Shown one piece after another: positions 1 through 8,370 of a DNA stretch of 62,543 bases (positions are counted from its first letter, which is position 1; the number at the start of each line of letters is the position of its first letter). The position numbers and the translations under genes were made by a program. Below the pieces are notes generated by a model. That model worked only from the letters and a program-made list of their open reading frames with translations. It was not told where the DNA came from and made no database searches. Source of the stretch: Myxococcota bacterium (GTDB lineage Bacteria; Myxococcota_A; UBA796; CAJQPC01); NCBI GenBank assembly GCA_036012755.1, contig DASCPX010000228.1, positions 1 to 62,543 on the forward strand, read 5' to 3'.

Positions 1-223
1 CGCTTGTTCTCACGGCGGAGGCGACGGAACTCGTCACGCTCAGCGGTCGTCAGACCGTCCGTGCGCCTGCCCTCGTCCAGGTCGGCCTGGCGCACCCAGT
101 TTCGGATCGCCTCGCCGGAGGGCTCGAACTCCCGAGAGAGCTCCTGGGGCGTCCGGCGCGTACGAGCGCCACCATCTGCTCCTTGAATTCAGCGGGGTAG
201 GGTCGTCGATGTCTGCGGGACAC
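1..223 (-). pseudogene. IS3-family transposase OrfA, frameshifted near 145-150, partial
   Basis: GTG at 223 gives MSRRHRRPYPAEFKEQMVALVRAGR, then after a 1-nt shift ELSREFEPSGEAIRNWVRQADLDEGRRTDGLTTAERDEFRRLRRENK, a typical IS3 OrfA HTH plus coiled coil. Confidence 0.8.
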
Positions 224-286
224 GTCTTCTCCTTGACGGAGTTGGGATCCAACTCCTCACGTGTCCACGAAAGCGGGTCAACTCCA
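1..286 (-). mobile_element. IS3-family insertion sequence, left end (truncated by window edge)
   Basis: Minus strand begins TGGAGTTGACCCGCTTTCGTGGACAC (286-261), a TG-initiated IS3-type terminal repeat. It is followed by RBS AAGGAG and an OrfA-like reading frame. Confidence 0.85.
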
Positions 287-300
287 GATTCTGAGCCCCT

Positions 301-1416
301 ATGCGACGCTACACTCTCCTCACCGCCACCCTCTGCGCGCTCCTGTCCGCCTGCGCCGACAAGACCACCACCAGCGACACCGCTCCCTCCGAAGCCGACG
401 CGGACTCAGGCACCGACACCGCGCCACCCCAGGGCTCGGCGGGCTGCGGCGCGGAGACCTACACCAGCGGCACCTACGAGCTGGAGCACGGGGGCCTGAC
501 GCGCACCTTCCGCGTCCTGGTGCCTGCGTCCCACGACCCCGACAAGCCGGCTCCCCTGGTGCTGGCCTTCCACGGCTGGGGAGGCGATGAAGACGCGTTC
601 CTGGGCAGCGCTGCCGTCCGCGACGAAGCCGAGGCGCGCGGCTACCTCGTCGCGGCGCCGCTGGGCCTCGGAGCGGGCCCGCCGGACCAGTCCTGGGCCT
701 CCTGGGCCTTCTCCGGCTCCACCACCGGCCTGGACGGCGACGGCGTGAACGCCGACGTGCCGGGCGACACGCCAGACATCTGCGATGACGACAGGACCAC
801 AGACTACGACTACCCCTCCTGCGAGGGCGTGGCCGACAACGGCTGCTCCTGGACCCACTGTCAGGCGGACGACCTGGACTTCGTCCTCGAGCTGATCGAC
901 GCGCTCGGATCCGGCCTCTGCGTCGACCCCCAAGCCGTCTTCGCGACGGGCGGCTCGAACGGAGGCATGTTCACCTGGGAGCTGGGGCAGGACCCGAGGA
1001 CGGCGTCCAGCTTTCGCGCCCTCGCCCCGCTGATCGGTCTGCCGCACCGCGGCTACCTGGCGCCCCAGGGGACCGAGGCGGCGCTGCCTGTCCTGTCTCT
1101 CACGGGCACCCGGGACCCCACCGTTCCCCCCGGCGCGTGGGAGGACCCCTCGTTCACCACCACCACGGACGGCGATCACTACTTCTACACGGGCGCCACG
1201 GCGATCACGCGGGTCTGGGCCGAGGCCCATGGTTGTGACATCACTCAGCCCGCCGCGGATTTCGACGGGGGCACCGCGGCGATGGACTGCCGCAGCTACT
1301 GCGCCTCGGACGGAGGCTGGCCCGAGGTGCTCGACTGCCGGGCGGACATGCGCCACACCTACGAGTTCGGTACGACCTGGCCCCTGATCCTGGACTTCTT
1401 CGACGCGCACCGCTGA
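301..1416 (+). CDS. PHB depolymerase/LpqC-like alpha/beta-hydrolase lipoprotein
   Basis: Lipoprotein signal (LLSAC), PLVLAFHGWGG, nucleophile motif GGSNGG, GTRDPTVP, C-terminal His. Confidence 0.8.
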   Translation: MRRYTLLTATLCALLSACADKTTTSDTAPSEADADSGTDTAPPQGSAGCGAETYTSGTYELEHGGLTRTFRVLVPASHDPDKPAPLVLAFHGWGGDEDAFLGSAAVRDEAEARGYLVAAPLGLGAGPPDQSWASWAFSGSTTGLDGDGVNADVPGDTPDICDDDRTTDYDYPSCEGVADNGCSWTHCQADDLDFVLELIDALGSGLCVDPQAVFATGGSNGGMFTWELGQDPRTASSFRALAPLIGLPHRGYLAPQGTEAALPVLSLTGTRDPTVPPGAWEDPSFTTTTDGDHYFYTGATAITRVWAEAHGCDITQPAADFDGGTAAMDCRSYCASDGGWPEVLDCRADMRHTYEFGTTWPLILDFFDAHR

Positions 1417-1511
1417 TCCGCGGACCTGGCCCAGGTTCGAACGTCGTCCGATATGGCCCACCATCAATGCTCCACTTCGGTGGGGCCTTTCCACTGCAGG
1501 AAGCCCTGCGC

Positions 1512-1533
1512 GTCCAAATCCAGTGTCGCCCAC
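1512..1533 (+). other. Possible tRNA-Val 3' fragment (att-site remnant)
   Basis: GTCCAAATCCAGTGTCGCCCAC resembles the T-loop, 3' T-stem and acceptor strand of tRNA-Val; no 5' half is present. Confidence 0.4.
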
Positions 1534-1535
1534 TC

Positions 1536-1561
1536 GAAAGGCCCCAGACACGGGGCCTTTC
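1536..1561. terminator. Perfect 10-bp hairpin, terminator-like
   Basis: GAAAGGCCCC-agacac-GGGGCCTTTC. Confidence 0.55.
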
Positions 1562-1657
1562 CTGCTCTGGCCACTGCAGGAAGTCCTTCACCAGCAGGGC
1601 CCCGCTCAGGTGCGGCACGGCTGACGGCCAGGGGCTCGAACGTGCGAGTCTCATCGG

Positions 1658-4108
1658 ATGACGATGCTTGGACTGGTTTTGGGTGTGGCTTCGGGCACGA
1701 CGCTGCAAGCGGCCTACGAAGACGCTTACGACAACGTCGAAGACGGCGACTGGCTTCGGGACTACAACGACGACAACGGCCCCTACGTCGCAAATCAACA
1801 GGCCTACGTCCTGCGGTCCCTGGCCACGATGTTCCGCGCCACCGAGGACGTCGTGTACCTCGACCGGCTCGCCTACCACGTCGACGGCCTGTTGGAGCAA
1901 CGCAACGATCGCCGCGGCGTCACCGACTACCGCGACGAGGAGAGCCCCTGCTGGAGGGAGACCTGGTACTCCAACGGCGGCTGGTACTGCTGGACGCTCC
2001 ACAGCGGCGTCACGATCGAGGGCCAGCTGCAGTTCGCTGTCCTCGTTCGGGAAGCCGGGCTGGAGGGCACGCTGGCCTACGACGGGGTCCCCTTCGGAGA
2101 CAAGGCCGACGCCTACGTCATCGCCGCCGAGGAGACCGTGGCCTTCCACAACCGGGACTGGGACCCCGCCGGCTGGTACATCCTCGCCGAGGACACCCGC
2201 CCCTTCCTGGGCGCAGAAGCCGGCACCGTCCTGCCGATGAACATGTCCAACGCGATGGGCATCCCCTTGCTGCTGCTCTACGACCTCACGGGGGACGAGG
2301 CCTATCTGGAGCAGGCCACTGCGCTGGCCGCGCGCTTCTACGACAGCCTCTCGCTGATGACCTGGGGCGGCTACGCCTGGACCTACTACCTGGACGACGC
2401 GCTCGATTACGGAGAGGACCTCGGCCACGCCTCGCTGAGCGTTCGCTTCGCGGTCGCGTGCTGGCAGCGCGGACTGCTCTTCGACGACACGGACATGGAA
2501 CGCCTCGCCCGGGTCGTCGAGGCCGTCACGATCGACGACCGGACCTTCTGGCACGCCCTGAACGGCCGAGAGTTGACGAACTATCTGGACTATCAGGCGT
2601 CGCTCTACGAGTGGTTGCCCCTGCGTGGGTTCGACCCCGCGGTCTACACCACCGTCCGCAACCTCTACGAGCTCTCCTACCCCACCGCCGAGTTGACGAG
2701 CGCCGGTCAGCTCGACGCCTGGGCGCACCTCGCCGAGAGCGAGCTTCCGGAGTGCGGGGCCACGCTCGTCGACCGCGACTGGGACGACGAGGGGACCGCG
2801 CTCACCGAGCGACCCCGACTGGAGCTCTGGAGCGCAGAGGACTGCATGGTCCCGCTGGTCGTCGACGCCGAGTCCGAGGTGCGCATCACCTCCTCCGACA
2901 TGGAGATCGCGGTCTGGCAGGCGACGGGCGGCCCGCTGCTGCGTTTCCTCCCGGCGACGGCGGGACAGCGGACCTTCGTCCTCGAGCACTCCGGGGCACT
3001 CCGGGTGCTGGAGCCGGAGCCCTCGGACCAGCCCCCGGACACCGGCGGGCCGCCAGTCCCCACAGCCCCGGAGGGGAGGCCGTGCCCGGAGGACACCGGA
3101 TGCGGCTCCGCCTCGGGGGTGGGTTCGGCCGCGTGGATCCTCGCCGGGGTGCTGCTCGTCTCGAGGCGCCGTCGGGGCCTCGCAGCGGGAGCCCTTCTGC
3201 TCTGCCTGAGCTGCACCCCCCCCGACGAGGAGTGCCTCGAGCCGGCATACGAGACCGCGAACGACACCGAGCCGGACACCGAAGCCCCGACCGACTCGGA
3301 GCCGGTCGAGGACCCGCTGCTCGCAACGCAGCTCTCCGCCGGAAGCGCCCACACCTGTGCCTTGCGCGTGGACGAGACCGTCGAGTGCTGGGGCTCGAAC
3401 GCCTCGGGACAGCTCGACGCCCCGGAGGGGACCTTCGTCCAGATCGAAGCCGGGCTCCACCACACCTGCGGGGTGACCACCGGGGGCGAGGTCCAGTGCT
3501 GGGGCTGGTCCGCGCCCACCGACCTGAGCCTGCCCGAGGGGGCGTTCAGCGAGGCGGCCGGGGCCTACATCCACAGCGCCGCCATCGGCACGGACGGCGC
3601 CGTCCAGGTCTGGGGCACCGACGAGAGCGAGCAGATCTACCGGGACGAACCCCAAGGGAGCGGATTCCACGACCTCAGCTGCGGAAAGCTCCACTGCGGG
3701 GTGATCGACCAAGCCGGTCGAAACCGCACCTGGGGCGGCCCGTACTACACCCTCGGCGACCAGACCGGCGTGGTCTTCACCGACCTCGACGCCGGCTACT
3801 ACGGCACCTGCGGCGTGACCGACGCCGGCTCGCTGCACTGCTGGGGCCTCGACACTCACGGCCAGCTGTCGCCCCCGGACTCGGGCACCTACACCCAGGT
3901 GTCCTGCGGATCGACGCACTGTTGCGCCCTGGATGTCGATGGCTCTGCGCTCTGCTTCGGGGCCAACCACGCGGGCCAGTCGGACGCGCCGACGACGGCC
4001 TTCGTCGAGATCAGCGCCGGCGATCAGCACACCTGTGGCCGCAGGTCGTCGGGAGAGGTGGAGTGCTGGGGGAACAACGCGCAGGGGCAGTGCGATCCGG
4101 GGACCTGA
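1658..4108 (+). CDS. Exported protein: N-terminal alpha/alpha-barrel-like domain, internal MYXO-CTERM-like anchor, second lipoprotein signal, RCC1 repeats
   Basis: N-terminal hydrophobic signal; GCGSASG...WILAGVLLVSRRRR at 3098-3175; GLAAGALLLCLSC; then multiple RCC1-like repeats (SAGSAHTCAL...CWGSNASGQL). Confidence 0.8.
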   Translation: MTMLGLVLGVASGTTLQAAYEDAYDNVEDGDWLRDYNDDNGPYVANQQAYVLRSLATMFRATEDVVYLDRLAYHVDGLLEQRNDRRGVTDYRDEESPCWRETWYSNGGWYCWTLHSGVTIEGQLQFAVLVREAGLEGTLAYDGVPFGDKADAYVIAAEETVAFHNRDWDPAGWYILAEDTRPFLGAEAGTVLPMNMSNAMGIPLLLLYDLTGDEAYLEQATALAARFYDSLSLMTWGGYAWTYYLDDALDYGEDLGHASLSVRFAVACWQRGLLFDDTDMERLARVVEAVTIDDRTFWHALNGRELTNYLDYQASLYEWLPLRGFDPAVYTTVRNLYELSYPTAELTSAGQLDAWAHLAESELPECGATLVDRDWDDEGTALTERPRLELWSAEDCMVPLVVDAESEVRITSSDMEIAVWQATGGPLLRFLPATAGQRTFVLEHSGALRVLEPEPSDQPPDTGGPPVPTAPEGRPCPEDTGCGSASGVGSAAWILAGVLLVSRRRRGLAAGALLLCLSCTPPDEECLEPAYETANDTEPDTEAPTDSEPVEDPLLATQLSAGSAHTCALRVDETVECWGSNASGQLDAPEGTFVQIEAGLHHTCGVTTGGEVQCWGWSAPTDLSLPEGAFSEAAGAYIHSAAIGTDGAVQVWGTDESEQIYRDEPQGSGFHDLSCGKLHCGVIDQAGRNRTWGGPYYTLGDQTGVVFTDLDAGYYGTCGVTDAGSLHCWGLDTHGQLSPPDSGTYTQVSCGSTHCCALDVDGSALCFGANHAGQSDAPTTAFVEISAGDQHTCGRRSSGEVECWGNNAQGQCDPGT

Positions 4109-4124
4109 GCGGACGCCAACCGGC

Positions 4125-4209
4125 TCCGGATCGTCGCCGCGTACCAGCGGACGCGTGGGGGAGGATCCTGAGGGGTCCTCCCCCACCTTTGCTGGTTCGG
4201 ACGACCGGA
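4125..4209. repeat. Long imperfect intergenic stem-loop
   Basis: Core GTGGGGGAGGATCC/GGGGTCCTCCCCCAC (4155-4186) with outer pairs ACCAGC/GCTGGT, TCGTC/GACGA and TCCGG/CCGGA. Confidence 0.6.
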
Positions 4210-4289
4210 CAAGTGCTCTGGACGGGCGGACATGGGCACCCGTGAGGTCCCACCGTAGCTTGACGGGGAACCCCAACCGGAAGTCCACG

Positions 4290-4455
4290 ATGACCCTTCT
4301 CACTGCCCTGACCGTCGCCACCGTTCGCGGTTCACGCGGGCCTCTACGGGCTGGTCTGCAACGTCGTGGTGCTGGCTGGGCTCTCGCGCCTGAGGTCGAG
4401 CCGCTGGACCTCGCTGCGAGAGTTCTACGGCCACCGCGACCCCACCGCGAGATAG
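4290..4455 (+). pseudogene. Probable gene remnant (signal-peptide start joined out of frame to a membrane-transporter-like C-terminal helix)
   Basis: MTLLTALTVATV, then in another frame VHAGLYGLVCNVVVLAGLSRLR...TAG, which resembles the last TM helix of sodium:solute symporters. Confidence 0.3.
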
Positions 4456-4479
4456 GGTCGCGCCTCGGAGGGAAGACCC

Positions 4480-6351
4480 GTGACTTTTGCCGCTCTATTG
4501 CCGCTGATGGCCTGCAAGCCCTCAGGGCCGCCCCTCGGCATGCCCCTGCACCTCGACGGCGTGACCTACGCCGGCGCCTCCGTCGTGGACATCACGCCGG
4601 AGATCGTCGAGACCTTCAGCGACCTCGACGGCGACAACCTCTTCGACGGCTGCTTCGACGACCCCAACGGCCAGGGAACCGGCTGCGAGGAGCCCTTCGA
4701 CGACGTCAACGGAAACGGCTGGTTCGACGGGGTCTGGATCGGCGGCTTCGCTCCGCTTCGAGCCGCCCTGGACGTGCACGACCCCGTCTATGCCCGGGCG
4801 CTCGTGCTGGCTCAGGACAAGCGCTACGTGGCCATCGTGGCGCTGGACCTCGTGGGCCTGGGCAGCCCTCGCATCCACGCAGCTCGGGACCGGCTGGTGG
4901 CCGACGGCTTCGAGAAGGACTGCCTCCTGGTGGCCTCCTCTCACAACCACCAGGGACCCGACACCATGGGGTTGTGGGGCAACCCCTACTACCTGAGTGA
5001 CCCCATCTCGGGCCTCGATCCGGACTACCAGGAGCGCGTCACGGACGCCATCGAGGAGGCGGTGCGGACCGCCGCGGGCAACATGGAGCCCGTGCAGCTT
5101 CGAGTCGGCGCACAGCAGATGCGGGAGCGCAGCCCCTACTTCAACGGGGCCAACTTCGGCGGGCGCAACCCCAGCGACAAGATGCACGGAATGATCTACG
5201 ACGGTCGGGACCCGGTGCTCGTCTCGGATCAGCTCCTGGTGCTGCAAGGCCAGGGCGATGACGGCACCGTCTTCACGCTGACGAACTGGTCCGGCCATCC
5301 CGAGGTCCGCGGCTCCGACAACAACAGCATCTCCAGCGACTGGGTCGGCGTGACGCGAGAGGTGCTGGAGGACCACTACGGCGGAATCGCCCTCCACATG
5401 CCGGCTTCGCTGGGCGGCATGCAGTCCGCGCTCAGCGGTGACGTCCCCCTCGTCGCCGAGGACGGCACCCACGCCTCCCAGACCTGCGACGCGTCAGAGG
5501 TGGCCGATCCAGACGACGAGGGCTGCTACCAGCGCTCTGATGGCGACGTGCGCATCGACGAGGACGGCCTGCCCGTGCCCCAGTGGGCCGAGCACGACTC
5601 CTGGGACTTCGTGACCAGCCACGGCTGGCACATCGCAGAGGCCGCCATCGACATCCTGGAGGACGGCGAGGACGTCGAGGCCTCCCCCATCCGTGTCGAG
5701 GCCGAGTCCTTCTACGTCCCCATCGAGAACGTCGCCTACCAGCTCCTCGGCCCCTTCGGCATCTTCGACCTGGGCTTCGACGACGCCGTGACCGACCCGG
5801 CCCTCTGCCCGCGGGCCGCCGACTCGGACCTCGGCTGCATCGAGATGCGCACCTTCCGCGCTCGCGTTGGACCCATCGGGCTGGTGGCCGTCCCAGGTGA
5901 ACTCCTGCCAGAGCTGGCCTGGGGGTTTCCGACGGATGATCCGCAGTGGGTCCTGGAAGAGACCGACCCGACCGCTCGAGGCCCGGGCGCCCGCTACTTC
6001 ATCCAACACGACCACGACTGCGACACCCTCGACTACAGCGACTGCGCGGTCACCGACGATGCGATCGGCGACTGCGAGTGTCTCGATGTGCACGCGTGGC
6101 CCTACACGCTCAACGACGATCCCTCGGTGCCCCCGCTGTTGGATCTGCTCGACTCACCCTACCGAGCGGTCTTCGGCGCGACCGACAACTACATGAGCTA
6201 CATCATCCCGGAGCCGGACTTCAACACGGAGGTCAGCCTGCTCTCCCTCGACGGTGACGGGGACCACTACGAGGACACCGTGTCGCCCTCGCCGGTCTTC
6301 GCCACCGAGATCCAGGCAGCCCAGCTGCGCATCGACGAGCGTTGGGACTGA
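4480..6351 (+). CDS. Neutral/alkaline ceramidase-like lipoprotein
   Basis: LMAC lipobox; VHDPVYARALV, SSHNHQGPD, NWSGHPE, VPGELLPE motifs. Confidence 0.7.
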   Translation: MTFAALLPLMACKPSGPPLGMPLHLDGVTYAGASVVDITPEIVETFSDLDGDNLFDGCFDDPNGQGTGCEEPFDDVNGNGWFDGVWIGGFAPLRAALDVHDPVYARALVLAQDKRYVAIVALDLVGLGSPRIHAARDRLVADGFEKDCLLVASSHNHQGPDTMGLWGNPYYLSDPISGLDPDYQERVTDAIEEAVRTAAGNMEPVQLRVGAQQMRERSPYFNGANFGGRNPSDKMHGMIYDGRDPVLVSDQLLVLQGQGDDGTVFTLTNWSGHPEVRGSDNNSISSDWVGVTREVLEDHYGGIALHMPASLGGMQSALSGDVPLVAEDGTHASQTCDASEVADPDDEGCYQRSDGDVRIDEDGLPVPQWAEHDSWDFVTSHGWHIAEAAIDILEDGEDVEASPIRVEAESFYVPIENVAYQLLGPFGIFDLGFDDAVTDPALCPRAADSDLGCIEMRTFRARVGPIGLVAVPGELLPELAWGFPTDDPQWVLEETDPTARGPGARYFIQHDHDCDTLDYSDCAVTDDAIGDCECLDVHAWPYTLNDDPSVPPLLDLLDSPYRAVFGATDNYMSYIIPEPDFNTEVSLLSLDGDGDHYEDTVSPSPVFATEIQAAQLRIDERWD

Positions 6352-6462
6352 GCATCGCGGCTACTTCGATCATCTGCGTGACCCCGCCGCCGAGGTTGCC
6401 CCAGTCAGCATCTGGGGCGCAGGGTCAGAGTCGCCCCGTTAGGCCACTGCCCGGAGGCTCCC

Positions 6463-8343
6463 ATGTTCCTGCTGTTCGCCTGCACCGGAGGCTCCGAGCC
6501 GACGCTCCCGGACCCGGGCGCGCTCGAGGCTGGACTGGCACACGCGCGCATACCGGCGCCCGTGGGCATCGGCACCGCGGGCTATGGCGGCTTCGGGGCT
6601 GACCTGCCCGACTCGGACTCGCCCTTTGCCGAGATCTACCCGGCCACGAAGAACCTCCATGGCCACCCCGAGATCCAGGTGGTCGTGATCTCCCGCGGAG
6701 CCCCCTACGAGGCGGTCTTCGTCCGCGTCGACGCCGTCGGCGTCTTCCAGCAGCTCCGCCGCGCCATCGTCCTGCAGGTCGAAGAACAGAGCGGCAGGGA
6801 CATCGACGACAGCTTGCTGATCGGCGCCACCCACACCCACTCGGGACCGGGCCGTGTCATCGACGGCGGTGGGCTCTTCGACCTGATCGCCGACCGCTTC
6901 TTCCCCGAGTACTACGAGCGCCTCCTCGACACCATCGTCGACACGATCCTGGGCGCTTACGACGACCTCGCCCCGGCGCGAATCGGGACCGGCGTCGTGG
7001 AGTGCGCGACCGCTCACTCGGACCGCCGCTGCGAGGACGGCCTCGACTACACCAATGACGCCATTCCCCTGGTCGCCGTCGAGCGCGAGGGCGCGATCGA
7101 CGCCCTGGTGATGGCCTACGCCGTGCACGGCACCGGCCTCGACATCGACCAGCTCACCCTGTCGCAGGACGTCAGCGGTGCGATCGAGGAGGCTGTCGAG
7201 GACGGCTTCGAGGACCCGGTCGAGGTCCTGATGTTCAACTCCTGGGGCGCCGACATGGCCCCGGCGAACCCCGCCGAGGTCGCCACGCAGACCGGCGCCT
7301 CGATGCCCGAGGGCTTCGAGAAGATGGACCGGGCGGGCGCCGCCGTCGCCAGCGCCGTCCACGCAGGACTCGCCGAGCTCGACTGGGAAGAGGAGCCCGA
7401 CATCCGGCTCTCCACCCACAGGCTGCGGATCGACCGCGAGAGCATCGGCTACGAGACCGAGGAGTTCCCCTTCGACTACGGCGGCGTCTACTGCGGCGGT
7501 GAAGAGGACTGCGACCCGGCGACAGAGGTCGATGGCCTCGACCAGGCCTGCATCCCCTTCCCCGAGGAGTTCCCCGCGCCCGACCAGACGGTCATGACGG
7601 TCGGGGTGCTCGGAGGCCACCACGTCGTGACCTTCCCGGGCGAGCCGGGCACCCTGTTGGCCGAGGACGTGATGGACGCCATCGAGGCGGAGACAGAGGC
7701 CGTAGGCAGCCTGATGTTCCTTGGCTACACCCAGGACTACCTCGGCTACTCGGTCCTCGAGGACGACTGGTGGCAGGGTGGCTACGAAGCCAGCGGAGCC
7801 CTGTGGGGACCGCGCCAGGGTGAGTACCTGGCTGACTGCGCCGTCGACATCTTCGCTGCCTGGGCGGCAGGGGCCCCTGCGGGCTTCCGTGAGCCCGACC
7901 CGGTCGAGCCCTTCACCGATCCGCAGTACACCGCCTATGAAGTGGAGTCCGCGCTGGAGATCGGCAGCGTCGTGACCGAGGTGGATGGGAGCTACGGCGT
8001 CGAGGAGATCGTCGTCTTCGCGGTCAACGGGAGCGACCCCTGGCTCGGAGCCCCGCTGGCGACGGTGATCGACGAGGGCGGAGCGCCGGTTTCGCGCAGC
8101 AACAGCGCGGTCCTCGACAGCGATGGCTACGGCGCCTGGGTCGAGCTCTCCGTGGACCCGACCTACGAAGATGAAGACGAGGCCTCCGCGCGCGCCTTCA
8201 CGTGGACCTTCAACTTCCCCGTCCAGCGCCCGACGCCGGGCACCGCCGCCCTCGAGGCTGGGCGCTACAGGGTGTCGGTGGTCATCCCGACCGCAGACGG
8301 AGAGAGCACCGTCCAGAGCGCCGAGTTCGTGGTCTCTCGGTAG
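6463..8343 (+). CDS. Neutral/alkaline ceramidase-like lipoprotein
   Basis: RBS GGAGG; MFLLFAC; ATHTHSGPG, YAVHGT, FPGEP, GYTQDYLGY, GGYEAS motifs. Confidence 0.8.
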   Translation: MFLLFACTGGSEPTLPDPGALEAGLAHARIPAPVGIGTAGYGGFGADLPDSDSPFAEIYPATKNLHGHPEIQVVVISRGAPYEAVFVRVDAVGVFQQLRRAIVLQVEEQSGRDIDDSLLIGATHTHSGPGRVIDGGGLFDLIADRFFPEYYERLLDTIVDTILGAYDDLAPARIGTGVVECATAHSDRRCEDGLDYTNDAIPLVAVEREGAIDALVMAYAVHGTGLDIDQLTLSQDVSGAIEEAVEDGFEDPVEVLMFNSWGADMAPANPAEVATQTGASMPEGFEKMDRAGAAVASAVHAGLAELDWEEEPDIRLSTHRLRIDRESIGYETEEFPFDYGGVYCGGEEDCDPATEVDGLDQACIPFPEEFPAPDQTVMTVGVLGGHHVVTFPGEPGTLLAEDVMDAIEAETEAVGSLMFLGYTQDYLGYSVLEDDWWQGGYEASGALWGPRQGEYLADCAVDIFAAWAAGAPAGFREPDPVEPFTDPQYTAYEVESALEIGSVVTEVDGSYGVEEIVVFAVNGSDPWLGAPLATVIDEGGAPVSRSNSAVLDSDGYGAWVELSVDPTYEDEDEASARAFTWTFNFPVQRPTPGTAALEAGRYRVSVVIPTADGESTVQSAEFVVSR

Positions 8344-8370
8344 ACCCCTCGGCGAAGTCTCGCCGTCCTC

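Noticed and set aside
1480..1600. Cobalamin riboswitch suggested by GCCACTG...GGAAG
   Set aside because: The other conserved elements (AGGGAA, CCCGC.ACTGT, B12 box) are absent and the downstream gene is not B12-related.
1241..4321. Very long alternative-frame or antisense ORFs (for example 1241-4321, 1453-4245, 51255-53930, 58502-61249)
   Set aside because: Shadow ORFs expected at high GC; they are Arg/Pro/Gly-rich, lack motifs and overlap well-supported genes.
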